Shown in pieces: positions 46,663 through 57,569 of a stretch of DNA of 64,000 nt. A program made the translations under genes and the position numbers. The stretch lies in assembly GCA_017415555.1 (NCBI GenBank), contig JAFQGF010000010.1, positions 1,272 through 65,271 on the forward strand, read 5' to 3'. The notes beneath the pieces were generated by a model. The model was not told the origin of the DNA, made no database searches, and saw only the letters and a list, made by a program, of their open reading frames with translations. Position 1 is the stretch's first letter, and every line of letters begins with the position of its first letter. Origin of the DNA: Akkermansia sp. (GTDB lineage Bacteria; Verrucomicrobiota; Verrucomicrobiia; Verrucomicrobiales; Akkermansiaceae).

Positions 46663-47327
46663 TGAAACGCCACATCGTCTTTGATTTGGACGGCACCCTG
46701 GCAGACTCGCTGCCGGGAATAGCGGAGGGTGTCAATCGCTCGCTGCGCGCGTTGGGGCTTCCTGAGCACTCTCAGGAAGCCATCAGTCGTATGATAGGCA
46801 GCGGTGCTGCAAATCTCTGCGCCATGGCGCTGGGATATCCGGATGCAGCTCATACGCCCCCGCCTGAGCTGGAAGCCATGCACTCCGAATTCCGCCACCA
46901 ATACCCACAGTGCTGGCAATATCCGCTCACGCGCCCCTACCCCTGGGTGACAAACATGCTCACCCGCCTGGCAGCAGCAGGCGCAAAAATGGCAGTGCTC
47001 TCCAATAAACCGCACGATGTGACAGAGCCGATGGTGCGCGCCCTCTTTCCCCACACACCATTCGACCCCATTATGGGATTCAGCGGTCGCTTCCCCCGCA
47101 AACCGGCCCCGGATGCCCTGCAGCATATTGCAGACTTCTGGAACATCCCACTCAAAGATATCACCCTCGTAGGCGACAGCCTTTATGATGCCCGCACGGC
47201 ACAGAATGCAGGCTGCGGACTGGCCCTTGTGGCCTGGGGGTATGCCGATGTCAGCAACCTGGCCGCATGGCAGGCACCTGTATTCGGTTCGGTGGATGAA
47301 TTATGCCGCCATCTGCTCTGCAACTGA
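46662..47327 (+). CDS. HAD-family hydrolase (phosphoglycolate phosphatase-like)
   Basis: FDLDGTL, LSNK, KPAP and VGDS..D. Confidence 0.92.
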   Translation: MKRHIVFDLDGTLADSLPGIAEGVNRSLRALGLPEHSQEAISRMIGSGAANLCAMALGYPDAAHTPPPELEAMHSEFRHQYPQCWQYPLTRPYPWVTNMLTRLAAAGAKMAVLSNKPHDVTEPMVRALFPHTPFDPIMGFSGRFPRKPAPDALQHIADFWNIPLKDITLVGDSLYDARTAQNAGCGLALVAWGYADVSNLAAWQAPVFGSVDELCRHLLCN

Positions 47328-47340
47328 TATTCACACCACC

Positions 47341-47781
47341 ATGGATTTCATCATCTTTGCAGCCGCCAAGCCATCCATCGACTACGCCCGCCGCGGTGTT
47401 CAGTTTTTCGAAGAGCGCCTGCGCCCGCTGGGCAAGGTAGAAATTCGTTATGTCAAAGCCGGCACCTCCGAGGAAGTTTCAGCCCGCCTGCTGGAAGCAA
47501 GTAAAGGCTGCCTGCGCATAGCCATGGATGAACGCGGGGAAAACTGGACATCCCGCGAACTGGAAAAACGCGCAAAATCCTGGCAGATGCGCGCCGTTAA
47601 ACATGTAGCCTTCCTCATCGGCGCGGCAGACGGACACACCCAGGCTCTGCGCGACACCTGCGACCACGTTCTCTCTCTGGGGCGCCATACCATGCAGCAC
47701 GAACTCGCCCTCGTCGTCCTGCTGGAACAGATATACCGCCTGCACACCATGCTGGCCGGTAGCCCCTACCACAGAGATTAA
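47341..47781 (+). CDS. rlmH: 23S rRNA pseudouridine-1915 N3-methyltransferase
   Basis: [29 protein letters not shown] and PYHR; start at 47341. Confidence 0.93.
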   Translation: MDFIIFAAAKPSIDYARRGVQFFEERLRPLGKVEIRYVKAGTSEEVSARLLEASKGCLRIAMDERGENWTSRELEKRAKSWQMRAVKHVAFLIGAADGHTQALRDTCDHVLSLGRHTMQHELALVVLLEQIYRLHTMLAGSPYHRD

Positions 47782-47858
47782 CGCCTCGTTTCCTCGCACG
47801 CGCACGCGGAAAAGGCTTGCGTCGAGAAGCCTTATCTGCTAGACTCAGCTCACAAATT

Positions 47859-50369
47859 ATGGCGGATGATGCTAAGATTAGCCCGATGATGGAGCAATAC
47901 CTGCGCATGAAGCAGGGCTTGCCGGATGATGTTTGGCTTTTCTTCCGCGTGGGCGATTTCTACGAGATGTTTTTTGAAGATGCGGTAGATTGTTCCGCCG
48001 CATTGGGTCTCACCCTCACCAAGCGCCAGAACATCCCCATGTGCGGCGTGCCGCACCATGCGGCAGAGAGCTATATCGGCCAGGTCGTCAAGGCGGGAAA
48101 ACGCGTGGCCATTGCAGACCAGATGACCGACCCGGTGCCGGGCAAATTGGTAGAGCGCCAGATTACACGCATTATCTCCGCCGGCACGCTCTCGGACCTG
48201 GCCCTGCTCAACGAAAGCGAGCACAACTACATCGTAGCCTGCTACAAGGACAAAAAATGCTGGGGCCTGGCCTGCGCCGACCACAGCACGGGCGAGTTCA
48301 CTGTGGTGGACTATGAAACCCGCGAAGCTCTGGCAGAAGAAATAGGCCGCATTCACCCGCGGGAAATGCTGGTAAGCGATGAGCAGAAGGAGCACTTTGA
48401 GGGCTTGCCCGTTACCCAGTACTATGACGGCTACACCTTCCTGCCCGGCGTAGCTAAGCCCTTTCTGGAAAGCCACTTCCGGGTTCATTCCCTGCAGGGA
48501 TTCGGCTGTGCCCATCTGGTAGCAGCCATCGGCGCCGCAGCAGCTATTCTGCACTACCTCAAGCACCAAATGCGCCGCAGCACAGACCACCTGCGCCGCC
48601 TCTCTCTGCGCCCCACAGACAACGCTGTGCTCATCGACGCCGCCAGCCGTGCCAACCTCGACCTCGTGGAGGCACGTGGCGGCATGCGCAATACCCTGCT
48701 GGGAGCTCTGGATGGCACCTCCTCCCCCATGGGTGCCCGCAAGATGCGAGACTGGGTGCTGCACCCCATCTGCGACCTGGCAGAGTTGCAGCGCCGCCAG
48801 GAACTCATAGCCGCCTTCCTGGAGGAGCCCTTCCTGATGAGCCAGCTGAGGGATACATTCAAAGGAGTGCGCGATACAGAACGCCTCACCTCCCGCTTGG
48901 CACAGAATGCCGGCAACGCCCGCGACCTGCTGGCGCTGGGAACATCTCTGAGCCTTCTGCCGGATATAGCGCAGGACTTGCAGGTGCTCTCCACCCGGCA
49001 ACCATACTTCGAGCCTCTGCTGCATGACCTGGGGGATTTTGCGGAGCTGACGTCTCTGCTGGAACGAGCCATCTGCGATGAGCCGCCCGTCACCATCAAA
49101 GAAGGCGGTATGATTCGCGATGGCTATGACGCCCGGCTGGATGAACTGCGCTGCGCCTCCCGCGAAGGTAAAGGGTGGCTGGCAGAGCTGGAGGCGCGTG
49201 AACGAGCCGCCACAGGTATAGACTCTCTGAAAATTCGCTACAACAACGTCTTTGGCTATTACATCGAAGTAACTAAGGCAAATTACGCCAAAGTGCCTGC
49301 CCACTACGTCCGCAAGCAGACGCTTGCTAACGCAGAACGATACGTCACCGATGAATTGAAGCGCATGGAAGGCACCATCCTCGGCGCAGACGAGCGTTCC
49401 CGCCAGCTGGAATATGAGCTCTTCTGTGCCCTGCGAGATGAAGTCGGGAAATACATCGACCGTATCCAGATAAGCGCCGAGGCTCTGGCCGAGGTGGACG
49501 TGCTGCTGAGTCTGGCAGAAACCGCCCGCCGCCACAACTACTGCCGCCCCGTGCTGGACGAAAGCCGAGTGCTGTACATCCGCAACGGCCGCCATCCGGT
49601 CATTGAGCAGGTGCAGACCAGCACCGCCTTCGTACCCAATGACGCAGAGATGGACGAAGAGCACGACCGCGTGCTCATCCTCACCGGCCCCAACATGGCC
49701 GGTAAATCCACCTACATTCGCCAGGTGGCTCTCATCACCCTCATGGCCCAGATGGGCGCTTACGTACCGGCGGAATCTGCCCGTATCGGCCTGGTGGATC
49801 GCATCTTCTGCCGCGTGGGCGCAAGCGATGACATCGCCCGCGGGCAATCCACTTTCATGGTGGAAATGAGCGAAACCGCCCTTATCCTCAACAACGCCAC
49901 CCGGCGTTCCCTGGTAATTCTGGACGAAATCGGCCGCGGCACCGCCACCTTTGATGGCCTTTCCATTGCCTGGGCCGTAGCAGAGCACCTGCATGACACC
50001 ATCGGCTGCCGCACGATGTTTGCCACACACTACCACGAAATGGTGGATCTGGAACACACGCATGCCGGCGTGAGTAACCGGCACGTGGAAGTGCGGGAAT
50101 GGAAAGATGAAATCGTCTTCCTGCGTAAGGTTCTGCCCGGGCCGGCAGATAAGTCCTATGGTATTCAGGTGGCCAGGCTGGCAGGGCTACCGGCACCCAT
50201 CATCGACCGCGCCAAGCAGATTCTTACCCATCTGGAGATGAGCGCCGGTACGCGCGAACCCAAAACCGTACGCCGCCGCAAAGCTCGGGAACACGGCTTA
50301 CCGGCTGCCGAGCCCACAGCGGACATCACCCAGCTGGATATGTTCGACATGCTGGACGATGGCATTTAA
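47859..50369 (+). CDS. mutS: DNA mismatch repair protein MutS
   Basis: SPMMEQY, GDFYEMF, TGPNMAGKST, STFMVEM, DEIGRGT and FATHYHE. Confidence 0.98.
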   Translation: MADDAKISPMMEQYLRMKQGLPDDVWLFFRVGDFYEMFFEDAVDCSAALGLTLTKRQNIPMCGVPHHAAESYIGQVVKAGKRVAIADQMTDPVPGKLVERQITRIISAGTLSDLALLNESEHNYIVACYKDKKCWGLACADHSTGEFTVVDYETREALAEEIGRIHPREMLVSDEQKEHFEGLPVTQYYDGYTFLPGVAKPFLESHFRVHSLQGFGCAHLVAAIGAAAAILHYLKHQMRRSTDHLRRLSLRPTDNAVLIDAASRANLDLVEARGGMRNTLLGALDGTSSPMGARKMRDWVLHPICDLAELQRRQELIAAFLEEPFLMSQLRDTFKGVRDTERLTSRLAQNAGNARDLLALGTSLSLLPDIAQDLQVLSTRQPYFEPLLHDLGDFAELTSLLERAICDEPPVTIKEGGMIRDGYDARLDELRCASREGKGWLAELEARERAATGIDSLKIRYNNVFGYYIEVTKANYAKVPAHYVRKQTLANAERYVTDELKRMEGTILGADERSRQLEYELFCALRDEVGKYIDRIQISAEALAEVDVLLSLAETARRHNYCRPVLDESRVLYIRNGRHPVIEQVQTSTAFVPNDAEMDEEHDRVLILTGPNMAGKSTYIRQVALITLMAQMGAYVPAESARIGLVDRIFCRVGASDDIARGQSTFMVEMSETALILNNATRRSLVILDEIGRGTATFDGLSIAWAVAEHLHDTIGCRTMFATHYHEMVDLEHTHAGVSNRHVEVREWKDEIVFLRKVLPGPADKSYGIQVARLAGLPAPIIDRAKQILTHLEMSAGTREPKTVRRRKAREHGLPAAEPTADITQLDMFDMLDDGI

Positions 50370-50399
50370 CTTTCTTACAATAACAAACAGACAAGTGAC

Positions 50400-50813
50400 A
50401 TGAACTCGCAATACACACTCAATTACAGAGTTATGTACTACGACACCGATGCCGGCGGCGTGGTGCACAACTTGGCCTACCTGCGCTGGGTCGAAGAAGC
50501 TCGCACCAAAATGGCCATTGAACTGGGTATGGACTATGGAACCATGGCAAAAGAAGGCCGCCACTTGGTACTGGTAAGTCATGAGGTACACTACCATTCC
50601 CCTGCCTTTCTCGCAGATGAAGTGCTGGTGAACACTTGCTTGGAAAAAGTGGAAAAATCCTCCATGTTTGTACGCACAGAAATTCGCCGTGCTGAAAACA
50701 ACAAACTCTGCGTCAGCGTACTGCAACGTCTGGCCCTTGTACAGATGCCGCAGGGACGCCCCTGTCGCATGCCTGCCGAGTGGATTGCTCTGGCAGCACC
50801 TGCGGAGGAATGA
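50400..50813 (+). CDS. Acyl-CoA thioesterase (YbgC/FadM hotdog family)
   Basis: RV.YYDTDAGGVVHN..YL.W.E.AR. Confidence 0.9.
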   Translation: MNSQYTLNYRVMYYDTDAGGVVHNLAYLRWVEEARTKMAIELGMDYGTMAKEGRHLVLVSHEVHYHSPAFLADEVLVNTCLEKVEKSSMFVRTEIRRAENNKLCVSVLQRLALVQMPQGRPCRMPAEWIALAAPAEE

Positions 50814-53800
50814 CTCCTCAGGCCGCCCTCCCACGTCCCCTTATGCCACACCTCAACTTGCCAGGGTTTGAAGTAAAGGACAATCCTGCCCCGCAGCTGC
50901 CGGAAGCCGTGCAGGAAGCCATGCGGCATGCATACCCCAAATGCCCGCTCGAGTACCAGGGGATACTCCTGCTGGCCATCACCCACTTCATGCCGGGGCT
51001 GGCTCAAACCTCCCTCAGCCCCCTCATTACCCTTGCGCACTTCCCCCACCTCAAAAAGAGTATCAAGCCACTGGTGGAGCATCTGACCCGGCACGAGGCG
51101 CTGTCATCCAAACGCTCCGGTTGTTACCCTACCCACAAATTCCCTTGGGAAGTACTCAAGAAATGGATTAAACTCCCCCTCTTCGCTGACCTGCGGGAAT
51201 GGGTAAAGAACTATGCACAGGAGCTACTGTCAACTCTGCGCTTCAAACCAAGAGAAATCCCCTCCGCGCTGTACCAAGTGTGCCGGGCACTACGTCTTAT
51301 GGGCGAAGAGGAACAGGCTTGGGAACTCATCAAAAACACACAATCCGCATATTCGCTTTCCGATAACTATATATCCTCCTACGAATTAGTCTCGAAATTT
51401 CTGTACATTCTGGACGAAGACATAGCGAATCCCCCACAACTACCGGAAGTCCTGCAGAACGTTTTACTGCCGGCCCGTTATTTTGAGAAAGCGCTGGATA
51501 GCCTACCGGAATACAAAACTCCCGAGTGGTGGGTGCAGAATTTTCTGCGGGATCGAAGCGGTGCACAGGACTATGCAGCCGTTATCATCCACATTGCCTT
51601 GCAAACAGGCAACTGGGAACTGCTGGAAGCCATTAGCGACAATGCAATGCTCATCTATATCAATCCCCGGCAGGGGATTAATGTGCACGATATCATAAAA
51701 ACGCTCAAAGAATGGCAGGACGGCAAATGGAGTGCTCTGGACAAACTATTCTCGCTCCTCTCTCTCGACAAAAGATCGTACTACTACAGCACGCCTCCCG
51801 CAGTTACCTCCCCCATCCGCGCCTTGCTTTCCCCACTGCTCTTCATTGCGGCCTTCAGATTGCGCTCACTCAAAAGGGATGAGCTTTATGAGGCTGCAAC
51901 GTGGCTGAGAAACATCTGCGGTTCAAGCAGCACAAACCTCTTCCATAACACCACAGAATCCCGGGAACGCGCTTTCCTCACGGAAAAGGTTACCTACAAA
52001 TACGCCCGCCCGCTGGATTTGCTCCCTAAGGCTATGGCTATTGCCAAGCGCAACGCCCTGCCCGAGCTCTCCCCAAAAGAGCTCAACGACATGTACAACG
52101 CCTGCATGACGCTACGAGACAGAGGGCTGGGGCTCTACGCCTTCTACATGGCAAACTCCCTGCTGTGCATCCCACATTACAGCCCGGAGCAACTCCGCGA
52201 GCTGGAGTCCATCATGGCCGGCCGACCGGATTTACCCCCATTCTGCAAAGTCACCCGGCTTTCCTCCAGCCAAGACAAAGTCATTGAACAATTGGAGAAG
52301 CTTTTGAAGAGCAGTACCTCCCCCACTGCCGGAAAGCCTGCACGCATCATTTGGACTCTGCACCGCGATAAAAACGGCGACATCTCTCACTTCTCCGCTC
52401 AGGCTCAGAAAAAACGCACCAGCGGAAACTACTCACATGGACAGAAAGTCAATATTTCCCATCTCTTTGACGGAAAATTCAATGACTACCTCACAGATAC
52501 AGAACACCATTTCGTAAGAGCAACGCAACCGCTTCAGAAAAACGGCTGGTACAAAATAGACGAAGGTGCCATCACCCGCCAGAACATCCTTTACCTCTGC
52601 GGTAATCCTCATCTGAAACTGGAGAGCGATAATAGATTACAGGATATAGAATTGACCGCACTTAACCCGGAACTGACACTCAGCACCAAGGGAAAACAAA
52701 TCACGCTCACTCTGGAGGAATATAAAAAAGACACAGCCACACTCACCCACTTGGGCGGCAATCGCTATGGTGTATGCATCATCAGAAAGGAACATGAGCA
52801 GGCATACCAAATCCTGGCGGAGCATAGCGGCTCCAGGAAAATGACGTTCCCCGCCTCCTACCGCGATAAACTGATGTCGGTTCTTACCGGGTTCAGCAAT
52901 ACTTTCCGGCTGAAAGGTGACTTATCGGCCACCAGCATTCCGCCCCGTAAAGCCATCTATCGCGGCGTTGTTCAAATGCAGGGCCAAACCGGGATGCTGA
53001 GCGGCGCTCTGTATCTGGAACTGCTTCCGGGGTGCCCCCTGATTCATTTCGGACAGGGCGAAAATACATATTTCAGCCATCAGAATGGCACCCCCATACT
53101 CATCCAGCGCGACCCCATACAGGAATGTGACCTGCTGAAAAAGCTGCTGAGCCACTGCCCCACTCTAGCTGCGGAGCTGGATGCCGACTCCACCTGGCAA
53201 ACGCCTGTCAATGATACGGCTCTGGCAATCGTGGAAGAGCTGCACGCCTGCCCGCCGGAACTGCTGGAAGTACGCTGGCCCGAGGGAGAAAGACTGAGCG
53301 TCGGCGAGCTGAAAAACTACAGCGGTTTCAACCTCCAGGTGCGAAAAGCGGCTCAAGACTGGCTGAGCATAGGCGGTGAAGTTCAGACCAACGAAGGAAT
53401 GGTGATTCACCTGGCAGAATTACTGCGTTGCCTGCGTGAATGCCCGGGGCGCTACATCAGGCTCAACGACACGCATTTTGTGCGACTGAATCGCACCCTG
53501 GAGCGCCAGCTGCGAACCCTGAGCGCCGTAGTGCACCCGGCCGGCAAAACCGGCAGCAAAAAGAACCAATCACTCATATCCCCCGCGGCCTTGCTTCTGA
53601 TGGGGCTTGCAGATGGACAGGAACAACTGCCGCTGCCTCTGCAGCGCAAAACTCAGGAGATTTTGCAACAATACCAGGCAAGCCCATATCGCCCGCGCAA
53701 CCTGCAAGCCACCCTGCGAGAATACCAGGAAGAAGGCTACCGCTGGCTGCAGCGCCTCATGAACTGCGGGCTGGGCGCCTGTCTGGCGGATGATATGGGA

Positions 53801-55042
53801 CTGGGTAAGACCCTGCAGGTGCTCAGTGTCTTGCTGGCTCGTGCTGAGGATGGCCCCTCCCTGGTCATAACACCGGTCAGCGTATGCAACAACTGGGTGC
53901 ACGAGGCCGCGCGCTTTACTCCAACCCTCAGACTTCAAACACTGGGCGTAACCGACAGGGCTCAAACAATAAAAGACCTGAAGAAACGGGATGTACTGGT
54001 GTGCAGCTATGGTCTGCTGATAACAGAAAGTAAGCTGCTCACAGCAAAACAATGGAACGTGGTGGTGCTGGACGAAGCACAGTACATTAAAAACGACACA
54101 TCGCAACGAGCTAAGGTCGCCACGGAGCTTAAGGCCCGCTGCCGCATCGCCGCAACCGGCACCCCCATCGAAAACAATCTCACCGAGCTGCGCAGTATCT
54201 TTGATTTCCTCAACCCCGGCTTACTCGGCAACAGAGAAGACTTCTCCCGCCGCTTCACCAGCTCACCGGAGCAACACAAACTGCTCCGCCGCATCGTCTC
54301 GCCATTCATTCTGCGCCGCCTGAAAAACGATGTTCTGGATGAACTGCCCCCCAAAACGGAAACAACTCTCTACGTTACTCTGAGCGAGCAGGAACGCGCT
54401 CTGTACGAAGCCACAAGACGCACAGCTCTGGCGGAAGCGCTGGAGAGCGAAAATCGCTTCACCATTCTCGCACAGCTCATGAAACTGCGCCGGCTGTGTT
54501 GTCACCCTCAGCTCGTACTGCCGGAATGCAGCATCCCCTCCGCCAAACTGGCCGTCCTGCAGGAACTGGCAGAAGAGCTGCGGGAATCCGGACACAGAGC
54601 TCTCATTTTCAGTCAATTCACAGATATGCTGACCCATGTGCGCAGCTTGTTCGAGGCCCGCGGGCTCAGCTACAGCTATCTGGATGGCAGCACTCCGCAG
54701 AAACAGCGCAGCAAAGCCGTAGAACAATTCAATGGCGGCGACACAGACTTCTTCCTCATTTCCCTTAAAGCCGGCGGCACCGGTCTAAACCTCACAACGG
54801 CCGATTACGTTATCCTGCTGGATCCCTGGTGGAACCCGGCTGTGGAAGACCAGGCTGCGGACCGCACACACCGCATCGGCCAGAAAAACCCCGTCACCAT
54901 TTGCCGCCTCGTCTGTGCAGATACCATCGAAGAACGCGTCCTTACCCTCCACAAAGAAAAACGACAATTGGTGGACGACGTCCTCAGCGGAGAAAACAAA
55001 GTTGCCCCCCTCAACATCCACGAACTCACAGAACTCATATAA
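50810..55042 (+). CDS. Large SNF2-family helicase/ATPase
   Basis: LREYQ, LADDMGLGKT, LDEAQ, TGTPIEN, LRRLK, LIFSQF, DPWWNP and DRTHRIGQ; ATGA overlap at 50810. Confidence 0.93.
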   Translation: MTPQAALPRPLMPHLNLPGFEVKDNPAPQLPEAVQEAMRHAYPKCPLEYQGILLLAITHFMPGLAQTSLSPLITLAHFPHLKKSIKPLVEHLTRHEALSSKRSGCYPTHKFPWEVLKKWIKLPLFADLREWVKNYAQELLSTLRFKPREIPSALYQVCRALRLMGEEEQAWELIKNTQSAYSLSDNYISSYELVSKFLYILDEDIANPPQLPEVLQNVLLPARYFEKALDSLPEYKTPEWWVQNFLRDRSGAQDYAAVIIHIALQTGNWELLEAISDNAMLIYINPRQGINVHDIIKTLKEWQDGKWSALDKLFSLLSLDKRSYYYSTPPAVTSPIRALLSPLLFIAAFRLRSLKRDELYEAATWLRNICGSSSTNLFHNTTESRERAFLTEKVTYKYARPLDLLPKAMAIAKRNALPELSPKELNDMYNACMTLRDRGLGLYAFYMANSLLCIPHYSPEQLRELESIMAGRPDLPPFCKVTRLSSSQDKVIEQLEKLLKSSTSPTAGKPARIIWTLHRDKNGDISHFSAQAQKKRTSGNYSHGQKVNISHLFDGKFNDYLTDTEHHFVRATQPLQKNGWYKIDEGAITRQNILYLCGNPHLKLESDNRLQDIELTALNPELTLSTKGKQITLTLEEYKKDTATLTHLGGNRYGVCIIRKEHEQAYQILAEHSGSRKMTFPASYRDKLMSVLTGFSNTFRLKGDLSATSIPPRKAIYRGVVQMQGQTGMLSGALYLELLPGCPLIHFGQGENTYFSHQNGTPILIQRDPIQECDLLKKLLSHCPTLAAELDADSTWQTPVNDTALAIVEELHACPPELLEVRWPEGERLSVGELKNYSGFNLQVRKAAQDWLSIGGEVQTNEGMVIHLAELLRCLRECPGRYIRLNDTHFVRLNRTLERQLRTLSAVVHPAGKTGSKKNQSLISPAALLLMGLADGQEQLPLPLQRKTQEILQQYQASPYRPRNLQATLREYQEEGYRWLQRLMNCGLGACLADDMGLGKTLQVLSVLLARAEDGPSLVITPVSVCNNWVHEAARFTPTLRLQTLGVTDRAQTIKDLKKRDVLVCSYGLLITESKLLTAKQWNVVVLDEAQYIKNDTSQRAKVATELKARCRIAATGTPIENNLTELRSIFDFLNPGLLGNREDFSRRFTSSPEQHKLLRRIVSPFILRRLKNDVLDELPPKTETTLYVTLSEQERALYEATRRTALAEALESENRFTILAQLMKLRRLCCHPQLVLPECSIPSAKLAVLQELAEELRESGHRALIFSQFTDMLTHVRSLFEARGLSYSYLDGSTPQKQRSKAVEQFNGGDTDFFLISLKAGGTGLNLTTADYVILLDPWWNPAVEDQAADRTHRIGQKNPVTICRLVCADTIEERVLTLHKEKRQLVDDVLSGENKVAPLNIHELTELI

Positions 55043-55047
55043 TCATC

Positions 55048-55734
55048 ATGAAACACATTATACTTACCATCTGCATTCTGCTCGGGCTCTGCACCTATGC
55101 CCTGCCCATGGCTGAAGCGCAATCCGACAGCCCCACTGCCACCCGCAGCACAAAAAAGAAAAAACTGACAGCCAAGGAAAAACGCGAAGCCGCCAAAGCC
55201 AAAAAAGCAGCCGCCAAAGCCGAAAAGGAAGCTGCCAAAGCCAAAAAAGTGGCTGCTAAAAAATCAGCCGCGGCCAAGCGCGCCTTTGACTCGGCAGAAC
55301 CCACCTCAAAAGTCGGGCAGTTCCTGAAGGCTCAGACCTACGCCACAGATGCGCGACCCAATCTGGAGGCCAAGTACTATGTGGTGTACCGCTCCTCTTC
55401 CACCTGCGGGCATTGCCACAAGCTTATGCCTCAGATTCTCGAAGCCCACGCCCTGATGCTGGCCAGTGGCAAGGTGGATCTCATCTTCGACAGTTACGAC
55501 GGCGAACTCTCCGCCACCACGGCCTATCTGGAGAAAAACGGAGCCACCTTTGCCGCAGTACACAATCCGGCCATGCAGAAAATGCCCGGAGCCTTGCACC
55601 AGTACCTCATCCTGCCCCCGGGTATCTACATCGTGGATGCTGAAGGTAATCGCCTCGCCAGCGGTCACGCAGCAGCCGTGCTGCCCGATTGGAAAAAGCA
55701 CACCCTCGATGCTGAAAAAGCAGCCGAAGAATAA
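55048..55734 (+). CDS. Exported thioredoxin-like protein with a K/A-rich linker
   Basis: Signal peptide; CGHC; P.IYIVDAEG; start at 55048. Confidence 0.8.
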   Translation: MKHIILTICILLGLCTYALPMAEAQSDSPTATRSTKKKKLTAKEKREAAKAKKAAAKAEKEAAKAKKVAAKKSAAAKRAFDSAEPTSKVGQFLKAQTYATDARPNLEAKYYVVYRSSSTCGHCHKLMPQILEAHALMLASGKVDLIFDSYDGELSATTAYLEKNGATFAAVHNPAMQKMPGALHQYLILPPGIYIVDAEGNRLASGHAAAVLPDWKKHTLDAEKAAEE

Positions 55735-55884
55735 CCCTTTCTCCATTTTCCCCGCCACGAACAACATTCGTGGCGGATTTATTTTCAAGCAACAGTAACA
55801 CTACTGCGGACATTTTGCAAAGGAAAAGCCCGTTTCGGACCATATCAAACGGCAGAAACGGGCTTTTGAGCCACAGAAAGGCCG
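55716..55884. repeat. Direct repeat, copy 1 (~170 bp)
   Basis: Near-identical to 57570-57741; includes the last codons of the thioredoxin-like gene and two hairpins. Confidence 0.95.
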
Positions 55885-56012
55885 ACAAAAAAACGCCACT
55901 GATGCTTTTTTTTCTTGCAGAACTATAGGATATATAGTATACACATAAATGTGCAGTTTCCCGTTCTAACAAGCAGACTGTATTTTCACCAAAAAACATC
56001 ACACCTAAATCC

Positions 56013-56318
56013 ATGAAAACCATACATACACTTGCCTTGCTTACCGCCGTCTCCCTCACCCTGAGCAGCTGCGGTGCCCCCCGAGTAGGAGCCATCTATA
56101 CGGACGTAAAAGCCCCCGTGGCAGCTGGCTCCGGCGGCGGCTCCCGCGTAGGCGTAGCCACCTCCACCACCTATCTGGGCTGTGTGGCGATTGGCGATGC
56201 CTCTATTGCCACCGCCAAACGCAACGGTGGCATTTCCTCCATCACCTCTGTGGATGAGGAAATCAAGAGCGTTCTGGGCATTGTGACAACCTACACAACC
56301 ACAGTACGCGGCAACTGA
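56013..56318 (+). CDS. TRL-like family lipoprotein
   Basis: LSSC lipobox; G.IYTDVK.P, LG.VA.GDASI..A...GGI..I..VD and T.V.GN. Confidence 0.85.
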   Translation: MKTIHTLALLTAVSLTLSSCGAPRVGAIYTDVKAPVAAGSGGGSRVGVATSTTYLGCVAIGDASIATAKRNGGISSITSVDEEIKSVLGIVTTYTTTVRGN

Positions 56319-56405
56319 TACGCCCCCTACACCATATGCAGCCCAGCCTCGCGGCAGGGCTGCCCCCCGCAACGAAAAGACTGAGACCACAAACCAACTG
56401 AAACC

Positions 56406-57530
56406 ATGACAACAAACTCCATATTTTTCCGCACGCTTTCATTCTGCTGGCTCAAACTGGGGCTGGGCATGCTCAACATACTGATAGACGGCATTCTTCT
56501 GGCTGTTCTGCTGGGCATAGGGCTTCTTTTCAACAGCGAGGGCGTCTTCGGCATCATGCTGCTGGTGTGGCTTGGATGCATCGGCTTTGTAAACTTTGTT
56601 CTGAACCACTACCTGGGCTATATGGCAAAAGCCGGCCATGTGGCCGTCATTGCAGAAAGCTTCCGTACCGGCGAAATACCGGCCTCCCCCATTGCCGTCG
56701 GCAAAGGCCTTGTGATGGAGCGCTTCGGCACCGCTAACGTATACTTCGGCGTGGACAAACTTGTAACCCGCGCAGTCAAACAGATACAGCGTATGCTCGG
56801 GAGCCTGACCGGGGGAGTGCTCAGCATGCTGCCCGGTGGCGAAAATATCCAGAAACTCATCAACTACTTTCTGGAACTGGCTCTGGGCTATATAGACGAG
56901 TGCTGCCTGTGCTACACGTTCTACAAGAAAGAAAACAACGCCTACCGCAGCGCGGCAGACGGCGTGGTACTCTACGCTCAGAACTGGAAAGAACTGCTGA
57001 AAAACGCCGCCTGGATTATGCTGATGGTCTTCGCTTCCGTCATCATCATAACCCTGATTCTTTTCGTTGGATTCGGTCTGACTTTCAGAGCTCTGGAATG
57101 GAATGGCTTCATTGCCTTCATTCTCTCTCTCATGGTAGCCTGGGCTATAAAATACGCCTTTGTAGACAGCTGGATTATGGTCAAAATGGTGCATCGTTAC
57201 ATGACCGAGGCGCAAACTACACCACCAGCTTTTGACCTGTATAGCAAGCTCTCCGGGTGGTCTGCCAGTTTCCGCGAGCTCTTCGATAAGGGCAGATCCG
57301 ATTCCTCCGATGCTCCGACTCCCGCCAACACAGAGCAGCCCGCCTTACCCGGCCTCGACAACGAGGAAACTATACCCCTGTCAACCTCACCGGAGCCGGT
57401 AGTAGCACCCACCTCAGAATCCATTGCAGAAGAGCCCCCCACGCGTTATTGCCAGGCCTGCGGAGCCCCGCTGCAACCCAACAAGCCGTTCTGTGCAGAA
57501 TGCGGAGCCCGTGTCATTACCGGCATCTGA
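56406..57530 (+). CDS. Membrane protein with a C-terminal double zinc ribbon
   Basis: Several TM segments, a P/E/T-rich linker and CQACG...FCAECG. Confidence 0.85.
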   Translation: MTTNSIFFRTLSFCWLKLGLGMLNILIDGILLAVLLGIGLLFNSEGVFGIMLLVWLGCIGFVNFVLNHYLGYMAKAGHVAVIAESFRTGEIPASPIAVGKGLVMERFGTANVYFGVDKLVTRAVKQIQRMLGSLTGGVLSMLPGGENIQKLINYFLELALGYIDECCLCYTFYKKENNAYRSAADGVVLYAQNWKELLKNAAWIMLMVFASVIIITLILFVGFGLTFRALEWNGFIAFILSLMVAWAIKYAFVDSWIMVKMVHRYMTEAQTTPPAFDLYSKLSGWSASFRELFDKGRSDSSDAPTPANTEQPALPGLDNEETIPLSTSPEPVVAPTSESIAEEPPTRYCQACGAPLQPNKPFCAECGARVITGI

Positions 57531-57569
57531 CCGTTGTAACAATCACCGGAACAACCGCCAACGCATTCG

